DNA of 42,076 bases from Nemertoderma westbladi (Eukaryota; Animalia; Xenacoelomorpha). The stretch lies in the NCBI GenBank assembly GCA_032718475.1, contig JAUCBJ010001705.1, positions 1-42,076 of the forward strand, read 5' to 3'. The stretch's first letter is position 1. Each line of letters begins with the position of its first letter. The translations under genes were made by a program, and so were the position numbers. Below are positions 11,614 through 24,516 of the stretch, piece after piece. The notes under the pieces are model-generated. The model worked only from the letters and a program-made list of their open reading frames with translations. It searched no databases and was not told where the DNA came from.

Positions 11614-12845
11614 TATGGCGTCTGATTTGAGCCAAAATACCTTAGAATTAGAAATGTGTACCTTACATTTTTCATTAGCTTATATTTATAAGCATCGCTT
11701 AAAAGTATGGTATTTTCTTGCATTTGAATTTATACATCGCTTAAAAGTAAGCTATGTTTTATGAAGTTGACTTTAATAAATCGCTTAAAAGTAAGGTATT
11801 TTTTACAAGTTCTCTTAAAACATCGCTTAAAAGTAAGCTATGTTTTTTGTATTTGCCTTGAAAATCGCTTATAAGTAAGCTAAATTTTTGCAATTGCCTT
11901 GAAAATCACTTAAAAGTATGGTATTTTATTGCATTTGAATTTATACATCGCTTAAAAGTAAGCTATGTTTTATGAAGTTGACTTTAATAAATCGCTTAAA
12001 AGTAAGGTATTTTTTACAAGTTCTCTTAAAACATCGCTTAAAAGTAAGCTATGTTTTTTGTATTTGCCTTGAAAATCGCTTATAAGTAAGCTAAATTTTT
12101 GCAATTGCCTTGAAAATCACTTAAAAGTATGGTATTTTATTGCATTTGAATTTATACATCGCTTAAAAGTAAGCTATGTTTTATGAAGTTGACTTTAATA
12201 AATCGCTTAAAAGTAAGGTATTTTTTACAAGTTCCCTTAAAACATCGCTTAAAAGTAAGCTATGTTTATGTAGTTGACTTTAATAAATCGCTTAAAATTA
12301 AGATATTTTTTACAAGTTCTGTTAAAACATCGCTTAAAAGTAAGCTATGTTTATGTAGTTGACTGTAATAAATCGCTTTAAATAAGGTATTTAATTGCAG
12401 TTCTGTTCCGACATTGCTTAAAATGAAGTATGTGTTTATGCAATAATATAGTTTAAAGTAAGCGATGTTTTTACAGTGTCGTTTAAACATAGTTTAATGT
12501 AAGCGATGTTTTTACAGTGTCGTTTAAACATAGCTTAAAGTAAGCGATGTTTTTACAGTGTCGTTTAAACATAGTTTAAAGTAAGCTATGTTTTTGCAGT
12601 ATTTTGTCCAATCAAATGCGTTGTTGACAATATCTGCAATTAGTAAATAGATCACAAGAGGGCGCTGTTGAGCAATTGTTGTATTCCAGTATTCGATCAG
12701 CAAAATCGAATTTCTGATAGGGTACACGGTACGGACAGTATGGTTAACAGAATACAGTAGTTACACTGCAGTAGGTATGGCATCCGAAAATTTCATCTCG
12801 GAAATTGAGAGCCTAATACGGAGGTGCCAACAAATTTCAGAAGAT
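11614..12845 (+). repeat. Left terminal inverted repeat (~1.23 kb)
   Basis: Reverse complement of 27233-28223; ~42-bp subrepeats (ATCGCTTAAAAGTAAG core) in ~211-bp five-unit blocks, plus 41-bp repeats. Confidence 0.93.
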
Positions 12846-14609
12846 GAGACATTTTCAAACTTAAATATAATAGAATATTTAACACGTATTTTTCAATATA
12901 AGATTGATGTACTGGCTCGCCTAATAGAGGATGGGAATACAGGTAATAGCCCTAGCGCCGCCGATACCAGTACAACACGTAATTCTGGAATAATTTATTT
13001 AAATCAAAGCCTCCGTGAATGGCTGCATTGGTTATTAAGTTTACCTATTGCGCGGCATCAAAGTAGCTACTGCATTAGTGCTGCATTACATTGTCCCACT
13101 CTACCTAAAACAGGAGATGCTGGTCGTCCACGTTTCGATGTATCTAAAGACTTATTAATAAACTTGCTGGAAGAAAAATTCTCTAAAGTTCAGATATCCC
13201 GGATGCTCGGTATCAGTCGACGAACCATAACAAGAAGAGTTAGCGATTATGAACTCCAAAATCGAAATCGAATACAAACTGTAGATGATGATGAACTTTT
13301 GAATCTTGTAAGTTTGTTGCATCGGGAGTATATTCACGCTGGTTGTCGGATGATGAAAGGCCTTCTCTTGGCTCGTTTTAATCTTAATGTCCCTTTATAT
13401 CGAGTACATGCTTCATTGCGTTCTGTTGATCCAATATTAGCGAGCGAAAGGTGGGGTGCTGTTGTAAGGAGGAGGACTTATACTGTGTCTGGCGCTAATG
13501 CTCTTTGGCATATTGATGGGCACCACAGCCTTATACGGTGGGGCCTTGTAGTGCATGGGGGGATCGATGGATATTCTAGATCAGTTGTATATTTGTGTTG
13601 CAATTCCAACAATTACGCAATGGCTGTTTTGAAATTATTTCAAGAAGCTGTGCAATGTTACGGCCTTCCATCTCGCGATAGAGCAGACAAAGGTGGGAAA
13701 AACCGTCAGGTTGCGCATTTTATGATCGAAAATCGTGGCATTAATAGAAATAGCTTCATAACCGGTAAATCTACGCACAACCAGCGGATTGAGAGGTTAG
13801 GCAACAGCCTCCACCCTTGCCATTTCTAATTTCTCAATGACTTACTCTCACTAATTTAAAGTATTTTTATAAATATATTTCATTTGAAATATTTAAATAT
13901 AATTTTTAAATATATTTAAATAAAATAAACAAATAAACATAAAGTAGCGATAAACAACTTGTTAATGGTACCTCTAGGCTAAGGCTTTGCTCACTTCTTG
14001 GCTCGCCCCAAAGTCGGTATTACTTAGTACATTTACAATCATAATACATGATAGGAATTGTAATGCTTACTGACTTCGTGGCTCGCCCCACTATTGCGAT
14101 TTAGACACTTAGACCCTGGGTGGGGGCATTTAATGCCTCATATGTAAAGGTTGTGGAGGGATGTTTTTCGGACTGTATGCCAGACCTTCTACAGTTTGTT
14201 TTACTGGCTTGAATCCCGGGAAGAACTTACTCCTACAGACAACTTACATTTATATGCTCTACAATATATATTTCGTCCACGAATAAACCGCGCGCTTCGA
14301 TAATTTTGCATTGCATGGAACACACATGGACTTCGTTCAGAACATAACTGGTCTCCAAACCAAATATTTGCGAACAGCCTTATGGCCGGTACATTTGCTG
14401 GTGATATGTTATCGGAAGAGGCTGATACATATGGTATTGATTACGAGGGATATATTATGGAAGAAGACGAGTCCATCGTTGATGTCGATGATATAAACAA
14501 TCCTCTCCGAGATGAAGATATGGCCGAATTCATAACTAGATTCGGTCACATTGAACAGTGCAATGATTTTGGCATACAATCGTACATAAACTGCAGGGAT
14601 TCTATTGCA
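12777..14609 (+). pseudogene. DDE (rve/integrase-like) transposase; exons 12777-13795 and 14150-~14609; one in-frame stop
   Basis: GRPR + HTH (ISRMLGISRRTITRR), WHIDGHHSLIRW, HGGIDGYSR, PSRDRADKGGKN, STHNQRIE; GT-AG intron 13796-14149 restores RIERLWRDVF; then LHLYALQYIFRPRINRALR*(TAA 14301-03)FCIAWNTHGLRSEHNWSPNQ; 3' end interrupted by a LINE tail. Confidence 0.9.
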
Positions 14610-14980
14610 TTTAAGTTTAAGTTTAATGTTTCCTCAGAACAAGCACCCAAAATACAAAAAAAAAAAATGTTATAACAAAGGAACATGGTTTGGCTATAGC
14701 AAAGCTAGTGTAGCCTTACCATATTCCTATAAGAGGAGGAAACGTGGAAAAATGCTGAATAAGAGAAGTGTGACAAAATTTTCAGATTAAGTTTTTTAGA
14801 TTAATTTTGTTTTAATTACTAGCTAAAAAGCTTTAATTACTATTATATCTTATATTAAATACTATTGGAATACCTGAATACTACTGTTATAATTATAAAC
14901 TGAATTTTAAACTACTTCTAGTACTAAATAAATATAATAAATATATATTTATATTATTAAATAATTCTAAATAATTAATT

Positions 14981-15943
14981 ATGACTATGGCGGAGGAATT
15001 CATTAAAATCCAGAGCGAAATTATATCAACAATAAGGTCAATCAAATCGAAGAAAAGTGTTAACGCGAACGACGAACAATCTCTGATGGACCATTTACTT
15101 TCAATGAATGCTCTTTATACCATTGCTGTTGGCAAACTAAGCGAGGCCCAACACGAACTCATCGAATACAAGGACAAACTCACCATGGCCACATCTGTTC
15201 CGATGACGAACCCGACTAGCAACTCCGTCCAGACCGATATCCTGCGCGAGCATGTGGATTCACAATCCCACGCGCCCCAGCAAAACAACAAGCGATCTGG
15301 TGATCCGCATGCCACTGCGATGGCGACCGTAACATCCGGGAACGACGATAACTCACAAAACCCATGGCTCGAGGCACACACTCGACGGCAGAGGAGAGGA
15401 AACAGACCAGGTCCGATAGGACCGCCAACACCATACATCCCCGTTACTATCGGAGAGGGAGGAAGCCAGCATCCTAGGGAGTCACTTTCACGCCAACCGA
15501 CGGAACACCGAACATTACGTGGAACTAAAATCGGAAGCTCATTACATGCTGCAGCACCACCCTCATCACTCACCCAGAACCACCCGGTGCCTCCGCCACG
15601 GAAAGCTCATATCCACGTAGGCCGCGTAGCACTCGACGAGTCCGAGGAAACTCTGGGAGAGTATCTTCAGTGTGAAAAGATCCCATTTACCCAAATCTGT
15701 GGACTCCCAGTTCACCCCGAATCGGTGTATCGTTCTTTCCACGTTATATGTGACCAGGAACATAGACAAATGATTATGAACCCCGAGATCTGGGAAGAGG
15801 GAATAACAGTTAAAAACTACAAATTGACCAACGGCGAGAGAGAATCATTTGGCCTACGCCCGCGGGTACAACACCGCCACCGCCAGGAAACCCAACATGT
15901 GACGGCGACAGCCCCTCGTGTAGACGGTAACGGAGCGGATTGA
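14981..15943 (+). CDS. LINE ORF1 protein
   Basis: 320 aa: N-terminal coiled-coil-like segment, Pro/Arg-rich linker, RRM-like C-terminus (HIHVGRV...YRSFHV...MNPEIWEEGITVK); lies directly upstream of the endonuclease. Confidence 0.8.
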   Translation: MTMAEEFIKIQSEIISTIRSIKSKKSVNANDEQSLMDHLLSMNALYTIAVGKLSEAQHELIEYKDKLTMATSVPMTNPTSNSVQTDILREHVDSQSHAPQQNNKRSGDPHATAMATVTSGNDDNSQNPWLEAHTRRQRRGNRPGPIGPPTPYIPVTIGEGGSQHPRESLSRQPTEHRTLRGTKIGSSLHAAAPPSSLTQNHPVPPPRKAHIHVGRVALDESEETLGEYLQCEKIPFTQICGLPVHPESVYRSFHVICDQEHRQMIMNPEIWEEGITVKNYKLTNGERESFGLRPRVQHRHRQETQHVTATAPRVDGNGAD

Positions 15944-18779
15944 CAACCAATCTCTAAAAGTAAAATCAATGTTTCGCTGTGGAATGTGGAAGGATGGAAC
16001 TACCTACAAACAAATCTAAACCCTAAAGAACTATTTAGTAACTCTGACATACTATTACTAACCAAAACGTTTCAAGTAGAAGAAAATATTTGCAGCGCCC
16101 CATATAAACCTTTCGTCCAACCAGCAAAAAAGAATCAATATGGCCGCCCATCTGGAGGTCTAATTGTCCTAGCTGTTCCAAAATTAGATCCTCAACTACT
16201 TATCAAAACAAATGAATACATGGCAATTAAGACAATGGCTGGAATTTATATTGTCTTCTATTTTACCCCCGACACTCCTGTAGAAGAAGTAATATTTGCA
16301 ATAAACGAATCACTATCATACACAGATGCTGATGACACAATAACTCTTGGTGGGGATTTCAACTGTCGAATCGATTCGGGGGATAGGGGAAACGACCTGA
16401 CAGAATCACTCCAAGATATTGGGTTCGAGTTACTCAATAATCCGAAATTAAAGACATATATCTCTCCCCAGGGCGAGAGTACTATAGATCTTCTCTATAT
16501 AAGAAACCCCACTTCCCACCGATGCACAAACATCACGGTCAGCTTAGAGAGCAATCCTATCAGGAAGCACCAGAAAATGCATCTATCAATGGAGTACTCC
16601 AAAGAAAGTGGTGAATGTAACCCAGAACCTGTTTTTCGAAGTAGTAGGACTCTAAACCTTAACCGCCTTGAGCAGGAACTTAATGAAGACATGATCGAAT
16701 TCTTCTTAGAAAAGGAAGACATCGACGCAGCGACAGCACACCTAACAGAAACAATAAACCCTGCGTCATGCCCCCCCCCCCCCCCCCCCCCCCAATAAAG
16801 TCTCAGACCACCACAATAAACCATGGTTCGATGACGAGTGCAGGACTTGCAAGCACCAACTACTTGAGATGATGGCCAACCACCAAAACTCGCCTGCTAA
16901 CAATGACCTGTACTGGGCGAATAGGAAGAAATATAAAGCCTTACTGAAAAACAAGAAAATAGCGTATGAGGAAGAAATGCTACTCGAAAACTTAAAACAG
17001 GCGGAGATCAAACCTTGGATGATCTTCAAAGAGGGGAAACTGGCGAAATCAATCCCCATAGAACCAGCAACTCTGAGGACCCACTTCGACAATTTATTGG
17101 GTGTAAGACTGGACCCTCCCGGAAGCAGCACCCCACCTTCGCCATCTGAACAGGAGAAATGTGTTGAAGAGTGGTACAATGAGCCAATCAGAGAACAAGA
17201 GGTAAGCGATGCTATACAGAACTCTGCATCAAAGAAAGCCTGCGGCCCAGATGGAATATTTTATGAACATTTAAAAGCTGCAGGTCCCCTCCTAATTACA
17301 ATTATAACTCTCCTTTTCAACTTCTGCCTAAACATGGGCGCAATCCCACTGTCATGGACATGTAGCATCATCAAGGCTATATACAAGGGGAAAGGGAGCC
17401 TGATGGACCCAAATAACTATAGAGGTATCGCTCTTATCTGTGTTTTCCTAAAATTATTAACCTCCATACTAAACAAACGGGTTCAATGGAACATATCCCA
17501 CCTGTTCCCAGATGAGCAATATGGATTTATACCAGGGAGATCAAATATGCAAGCAATAAGGAAACTCGTCTCAGATATTAACAAAGCCCTTCACTCAAAA
17601 GAAGACCGTGTAATGTATGTAGCCTTTGTTGATTTTAAAAAGGCATTCGACCTAGTGAACCGAGCCTTGCTCCTTGGCAAGATATATAACGATTTCGAAA
17701 TAAAGGGGAAATTATTCGGCTTCATTAAGGCATTATTAACAAATACAATAAAAATATCCGACGGTTTCAGCCTATCAAAACCGATCACACAGTTGCGAGG
17801 AATTCTGCAAGGAGACTCATTCTCCCCAACTTGCTTCATAATTTTTATTACCAGCCTCGCAACTGCACTCCGTGCAATATCGAGAGCGATACGATTCATA
17901 TTCTTTGCGGACGATCTAGCCTTTTATTCTTCGAATCCACAAGTTATCCAACGCGGTCTTGATGTCCTAGAAAAATGGTGTATAAATAATTCAATGGAAG
18001 TGAACCTCTCTAAAACAAAAATAATGAAGTTCCGTAAAGGTGGCCGGCTGTGTATTAACGATAAATTCTACTACGGGGGAAAATAAGTTCTCATCTGCAA
18101 TGAATACGAATATCTTGGCATAACCTTGCAACCGACCCTCACTTTTACCAAACATGTTAACAAAAGAAAACGGAAATCTTATGCAGCGATTGGTTGTCTT
18201 CGAAATTTAAACAGACTGTCAATATGTACTGCAATGAAGATCTTCGCAATGAAAATACAGCCAATGGTATCCTATGGTCTTGTAGAGATTGGTTGCTTCT
18301 TTACAGTTGCACACATGAAAGAACTGGATAAAATCAAATCAAAGTTTATTAAAAGGGTGCTCTCCCTACCATCCAACTCATCGACAACCATGGCCATTAA
18401 AGCTATAGGAGAAAAAACATTCATTGAAGATCTCCTTATCGTAAACCCCACGCTATTCAACCCTACAGCATTAGACCAATATCGCTCTTACCGAACCGAA
18501 CGCACAGAAAACTTCAACCGGCAGGGTTACACAAGGGGCCCAGCCTTCACAACTTCGAGTTGGAAATCCTCACAGCAGAGAAACCGGCACACTGTCACCA
18601 GGGCAACCACCGCCCATGGGTTTCACTACCTCATCTGCTTGACCTGCACCCCTTTCCACGAGCTGTCATCGCAATGTATTTGTAAATATTGTAAGAACTC
18701 AGCCGTGGACAGATACCACGCTCTCAACTGCGATTGCTGCCCCTCTCTGACAGAACTGGCCAGCCACCCATATCACTAA
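15944..18779 (+). pseudogene. LINE ORF2 (APE endonuclease, RT, C-terminal CCHC-like knuckle), disrupted
   Basis: WNVEG, GRPSGG, GDFN, STID; KPWFD, GPDGI, NYRGI, DFKKAFD, LQGD, FADD, YLG; CKYC-x8-H-x3-C. Frameshift at C23 (16771-16793) and in-frame TAA 18084-86. Confidence 0.9.
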
Positions 18780-19321
18780 AAGAAAATTGGTTCACCACAG
18801 CCATGAGACTTTGATATTCGTACTGAATCGTATTTCATTCCAACTAATTGTAAAATTTTTAATTAATTTTAAACGTATTGCTCCCTCCACCTGTATAAAA
18901 GAATAAACCTTTTACCCCGTTTAGGGGTGCACCTTGTTTTAAAAAAATAAGAGGAGGAAACGCGGAGAACAGGTGAGATACGGGTGATGCAGGCGTATGG
19001 AGTATGATATAGCTGGGATTAAACTATTAGTTTGTTTACCTTTACTGTAGATTGTCATGATAAATTTCTAACTGAAAGAATGCTTTATGGTTTTTCCCAG
19101 ATCCAAATTTTGCATAATTGCAAACACACTGAGATATATATCTTATGGGATACTGAATACTCAAGTGATTAAGAGCGGAAAACATTATAGAAGTGAGATA
19201 TAAAAGATGAATGAAAAATTAAATGATTTTTCAACCTTTGCATTATAAGAAATTTCCAGATTCAAAAATTTTCTTGCGAAAAATTTGTTAAAAAGAAAAA
19301 GATAGATAATAGTTATTATTA

Positions 19322-22300
19322 TCACGACCCAGAAAGAAGATTGATTTTTACTTGTTTTTTGAAATGCACCTTATTACTGCTATCGCGGATATCTCTCGAG
19401 AGGGAAATCCAGAGAAGAGGGCCCTGCATTGAAAGGGACTGATGCCGGACTTCCGTGTGCGTACTGGGTAAATGAAAAAGACCAGCGGAGGCAGAGCGAG
19501 TATTGTATGTGTGAACAGATGATGCTTTAGTGAATAAGTGAGAAAGAGGATGAGAAGGATTGTGGTAAATTTCATACATTAGTAAGAGGACCTGGTATTT
19601 ATACAGACGATCTAGTGGTAAAATGCGTAGCTGCTGATAAATAGAAAAAGATGAGGACTGATAGTGGCTGAAGGTAATACATCGGACAATTTTATTAAAT
19701 TTGGTTTTGAGGGGACGAGTAATAGATTTGAATGTATTTCCCCATACTATCAACCCGTAAAAAATATAGGGGTAGACTAACGCAGAGAATAGAGTTCGCA
19801 TTATAATTATATGAGCTGGGACAATATGGCGTAGTTTATAGAATAATCCTCCACTCTTGGATATTTTTTTCAAGATATGGCTGATGTGTTCCCTATATGA
19901 TAAATTGGAATCTATTAATATACCTAGATATTTAGATGTTGTTGTGGATCTAATTGTTTTGTTATTAATGATTATATGTGGTGGCGGTATTTCTGACTTT
20001 GATTTTGAGAATATTGTATATTCAGTCTTGTCTGTATTTAGAGTTAGTTTGTTTTCAGTTAGCCATTCGGATAACAGTTTGAGTTCAGAATTCATATAGT
20101 CGATTAGTGGAGAGATATTTCGATCGTTGCACATCAGTGAAGTGTCATCGGCAAATAAGGTTACTAATAGGGATGTGCAGTTTGGGAGGTCATTGATGTA
20201 CAGTAGAAATAAAATCGGCCCGAGGACCGAACCCTGCGGAATACCACAGATTATAGACCTAGAAGATGATAAAACATTATCTACTGAAACGAATTGTTGT
20301 CTATTACATAGATAACTAGAAATGAGTGCTAGAGGACTTCCGCGGATACCATATATTGGGAGCTTCTTTAATAGAATCGAATGGTCGAGGGTATCAAACG
20401 CCTTTTTTAGGTCTAGATACAGTACAGTCGCAAGTCGGTGGTCATCAAGGGCTTCCCTAAGGGACTCTACGATATTTATAATGGCAAAAGACGTTGTATA
20501 TTTTTTACGAAAACCAAACTGGTTAGGTGAAATAATTTTGAATTTTTCTAGATAGGATATCTGTTGCGTGTAAATGATGCTTTCAAATACTTTGTGAAAT
20601 ATCGGGAGTAAAGATATAGGTCGGTAATTAGTGGTAGCTAGAGGATCTCCACCTTTAAACACTGGAATTATTTTTGCAATTTTTAGAGACGTTGGAAAAT
20701 GTCCACGGCGAATACTTAGATTTATTAAATTAGCTAGATGTGTCGAGATTATTGGGGCAGCGATTTTCACCAAGTAAATAGGAAATTCGTCATTAGAAGA
20801 GGTATCGTCCTTCAATAGTAGTAGATTGTAATGGATTTCTACTGGGGTAGTCTCAGATAACAGAAATGAGTTTGCTTTGGAATGGCGGATATGCCGAGTT
20901 GGACAACGAGCAAATGAAGGCAGTGCAGAAGCTAATTTAGAACCGATAGTAGAGAAAAACTCGTTGAATTGGTTTGCAATATCTTTAGGGTTAGTGAGCG
21001 AGATCACGTTACCATTATTGTTAATGTTTAGGCGCTTGGGAATAGAATGTTTATTATTACGATGTAATAAAGAATTTATAGTTCCCCAGGTCTTTTTAAT
21101 ATTATTCGAATTTTTGGCAAACTCAGATTCATAGAAATTTTTTTCAGCTGCCCGCAACAAACTAGTTAGCTTGTTGCGGTACGACTTATAAGTATTATGG
21201 TTCACAGAAGTTGGGTTTGTCATGTATAAGCCGTATAATTTGTTTTTCTTATGAATTCCTAAAATTAGACCAGAAGTAAGCCACGGCTTTTTTGCAACAA
21301 ATTTTTTATGTAACTCTTTGCGAGGTAAATTATGTTTGCAAATATTTGTAAAATTTTCATAAAAATTATCAAATTTATTTTCATCTTGAACCGTACTTGA
21401 AGAGTATTCCCACGACTGAAATTCGAGGTCGTGGATAAATTTTTCCTTGCTAAATTGTTTATAGTCACACACGTACTTCTTTTCGGCAGGTCTAAAATAA
21501 GTGGAATAGTTGTCCAATACTATGAATGTTGGTAAATGGTCCGTGGAGCCCACTTCGCACAAAAAAACCCCAGGTGAGCATATGGCAGAATGAATATTAG
21601 AAATTACATGGTCCAACAGGGTCGCCGAGTGGGGTGTTATTCGGGTAGCTTGGGAAATCGTCTGCGTAAATCCATTTGAAGTTACGTTATTTAAATAATT
21701 TTGTACTTGTAGTTTATTGGGGCTCAAGACATCAACATTATAGTCACCCGTTAAAATTACATCATAATTATTACTAGCCAATTTAGCAAGGTGGTCATTG
21801 AAAGTGGATTGAAACTGGTCCAAATTAACACTCTGAGTACGGTATACACAGCCAATAATTAAAGGCTTATTAGGGTGATTGCGAGTAATTTCAACCCAGG
21901 TGTTTTCAGGGCCGGGAAAGTGTAGGTCCGGTCTAATGGTACCTTCAAGTTCATTACGTATGTATATGGCAGTACCGCCTCTGTCAAGCTTACCGTAAGT
22001 TCTATAATCACAAATGGGTTTCTTGTAACCTTCAATGCAAATGGCATCTAGATCATGATCTTTTGTCAAAAAAGTTTCAGAGAAAGTTAAAATGTCAAAC
22101 TTCGATGACAAAGATTGTAGAAAATCCGTGATAGCAGAAAAATTTGACGTAATACTCCTACAATTGAGATGAAACACGGAAAAGCCGTTATGACAGTCAT
22201 CAAATATCTGGCTAAATTTTGTTTCGTTAAAATATTCATCTGTAATAATATTTGAAACGAGATTTCCATCAGGGTTTATGGAATTAAACATATTATCAGT

Positions 22301-22607
22301 AGGGTCAGTATCCAGACTCATAAGATCTTCCATATCGCAGCCAAATATATCCTTATCATTATTGTCAACAGAATTAAAGGGAAACAAATTTAAGTAGCAA
22401 AAATTACACCAATGATTCGCGTCTTTTTGGATCCCATTAGCAAAGTGTGTTGGATCCAGGAAGGAGCCACTTGTCTATGAAATTGGAATCTACATAGGCA
22501 ACAAAAAAAGGACTGTCAGTCCGTTCAAATTTAGTATAGCATAATCCACAACATACGTCAACATCGGGAGGTCTAAGCGACTGAAAAGCCAATGTGACTA
22601 CATACAT
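19322..22607 (-). CDS. LINE ORF2: PHD finger (frameshifted near 22470) + APE endonuclease + RT
   Basis: Open 1021-aa frame 22387-19322 with HLNCRS, SETF, GGTAIY, GDYN, TDH, NYRPISLL, DLKKAFD, PQGSVLGP, FADD, YLG; upstream CGLC..CCLCRFQFH / WCNFC from ATG 22607. Confidence 0.9.
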
Positions 22608-23196
22608 GTAAAGTGACAGACAGCCAGGATGAAAAAAACAAGGTGATACTACTCTGTTCGAACGGGAGTCGAGTAGTAATTTATTTTTGTTTATTTAAGT
22701 TAATTTAAATTCTTTAAATATTAAGGTGGTGATTTTTGTATACGGAAGATAAATAAGTAATCCTTCCCAATCGAACAGAGGTGTAATGGCTATAAGTATA
22801 CCTCGAAATAATCGAGATAGTGAAGTGAAAGACGGTGAAGTACATAATGTTAATAGTGATAAATGTTAATTCATATTAACAAAGGAAAAATGAGAATGAT
22901 ATAACAACCGCTTCTTTACTTGTGCGGATTATTATTTAGAAATGTTAATTAGTTTCATATATAAATGAAATACCATAAAACCAATGGGTAAAATGTTTAA
23001 GGAAAACAAGTGGAATAAAGGAGTAATGAGTACCTCAACCACCCAGCTAAATAAAATTCTGGGACTAAAAAGTCTGCGCTTAGGTTACAATCTCAGTTTA
23101 CGCTGCCTACTGTATGTATAACTTCTGCCTGCTATGAGTCGGAGGTTGTTAATTATGTTATAATGTATGTTTATATGTATGAATGTATGTTTAAAC

Positions 23197-23856
23197 TCAA
23201 CTAGTTGATGGAGACCGGTTCACTTCCGGACTTTCATGACTACTGGAAGGATTCCGGTTAGTCGAGTGAACTGTCGACGGGACTGAGGGCGACTTTAACG
23301 AGGATGGAGTGGAATCCGATTGCGTAATCCCTTTCACATCGGTGTCCGAGGTAATGGGGATTGGGTTCGATCCTTCAGCACAACGCACAAAAATATTCCC
23401 GTTGCGAGTGTAGAATGAATATATTTGTTTGTCGCGCCATAGATTTCGTACCATATTAAGTAAAGCGGCACGATGAGGGGTAAGATGCTCAGAGACACCT
23501 ATGGGGCGTTTAAGATTCTTTTTGTTTCCAAAAACACGTATCCTCGGGCTATGTCCAAAGAAGCGAACGATAAGTGAACGCGGTTTAGATCTAGATGCCC
23601 CAATGTGACGCTTGCCCAGGCGGTGAAAAAGGTCGACATATGTTAAGGACAACCCCAAAGGGGACAAGACCTGGGTAACGAGATAGTCCCATTCTTCCTC
23701 AGCAGTACTAGCCTCAGGAAGGTTATGGACAAGAATATTGTTGCGTCTCTGATATTGACTTAAATCGTCAAACGAGGCCTCTAGTGCAATATTCTTCTGT
23801 CGAATTCCGTGAATCTCTTTACGAATTTCAATGAACGTCGAATGGAGATTGGACAA
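23197..23856 (-). CDS. LINE ORF1 (L1-ORF1-type RRM + CTD), probably 5'-truncated
   Basis: Coiled coil then QYQRRNNILVHNLPE, FHRLG, PRSLIVRF, VSEHLT, YTRNGNIFVR; no ATG start in frame. Confidence 0.82.
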   Translation of the reverse strand: MSNLHSTFIEIRKEIHGIRQKNIALEASFDDLSQYQRRNNILVHNLPEASTAEEEWDYLVTQVLSPLGLSLTYVDLFHRLGKRHIGASRSKPRSLIVRFFGHSPRIRVFGNKKNLKRPIGVSEHLTPHRAALLNMVRNLWRDKQIYSFYTRNGNIFVRCAEGSNPIPITSDTDVKGITQSDSTPSSLKSPSVPSTVHSTNRNPSSSHESPEVNRSPSTS

Positions 23857-24516
23857 AATGCCGTGATGGAGATTAAAGACAACCGACAGAGTTCACATTG
23901 CAGCAGGTTTTTTTTTCAAAATATACACTGTGAAAAGTTTCTAAACGGTTAGAAAAAGTTTAGAAAATCTCAATTTTGTTTAGAAAACTAAATTAATTTA
24001 CCAAATGAATTGAGTGTGAAAAGTAGGCCATGCAATAGTGCTGTATTGCTTGTTTTCTACTTTATTTTTTCATACTGTAAAGTAAATCTTGCAATCTTAG
24101 GTCCCCCACCTATAATAATATTATCATTGAAATATTGAACTAATTAGGCCCCGACTTCTAAAACCGCTTTGTTAAACTAAAGCCGTTTTATTGAGAAGGA
24201 CAAATAATACTCCATATCATTGGTGATGGTCACAGTAGAAAGGGCCAACAAAGAAAAATATGATTTTGGGTTAAATGGGTTTAAATTTGCTTTGGTTTGC
24301 TTTGGTTCGATATCCTGGTTAATGGAAAGGAGCAGGTGACATGTAATTCTGACCAAATCAATAAACGAGAGTTAATATTACATGTTACAATTTAATTTTT
24401 GCTGGGAATAAATATATTTATGGTAAGAAATATATTTTCTCTATAAATAAAACTACTGTAGGCAACAACACCTAAGGCTAATGCCGCAGGACCTAATTAA
24501 GTAACATAGTGACATA

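Larger units (their letters stand above)
14745..18946 (+). mobile_element. Full-length two-ORF APE-RT LINE (RTEX-like, tentative)
   Basis: 16-bp TSD ATAAGAGGAGGAAACG at 14729-14744 and 18947-18962; AT-rich 5' UTR, ORF1, ORF2, AATAAA near 18902 and a short A tail. Confidence 0.88.
14610..23896 (-). mobile_element. CR1/L2-group (Crack/Daphne-like) LINE, near full length, inserted in the DNA transposon
   Basis: ORF1 plus PHD-APE-RT ORF2; 3' UTR split by another LINE (18947-19321 and 14627-14744); (TTAAAC)n tail at 14610-14626; candidate 6-bp TSD ATTGCA 14604-09/23897-902 (weak). Confidence 0.82.

Noticed and set aside
12266-12490. Identical 74-aa ORFs at 12266-12490 and 27558-27782
   Set aside because: Chance ORF duplicated because it lies within the TIRs.
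12777-13829. Bacterial IS3/IS481 or LTR-retrotransposon integrase
   Set aside because: Has a spliceosomal intron and long TIRs with a TSD; no LTRs, gag, protease or linked LTR-type RT.
13990-14110. GGCTCGCCCCA motif twice in the transposase intron and inverted near 31168
   Set aside because: Probably ends of a small dispersed repeat; too short to define.
16771-16793. Programmed frameshift at the C23 tract in LINE ORF2
   Set aside because: Homopolymer slippage or sequencing error is simpler; the copy also has a nonsense codon.
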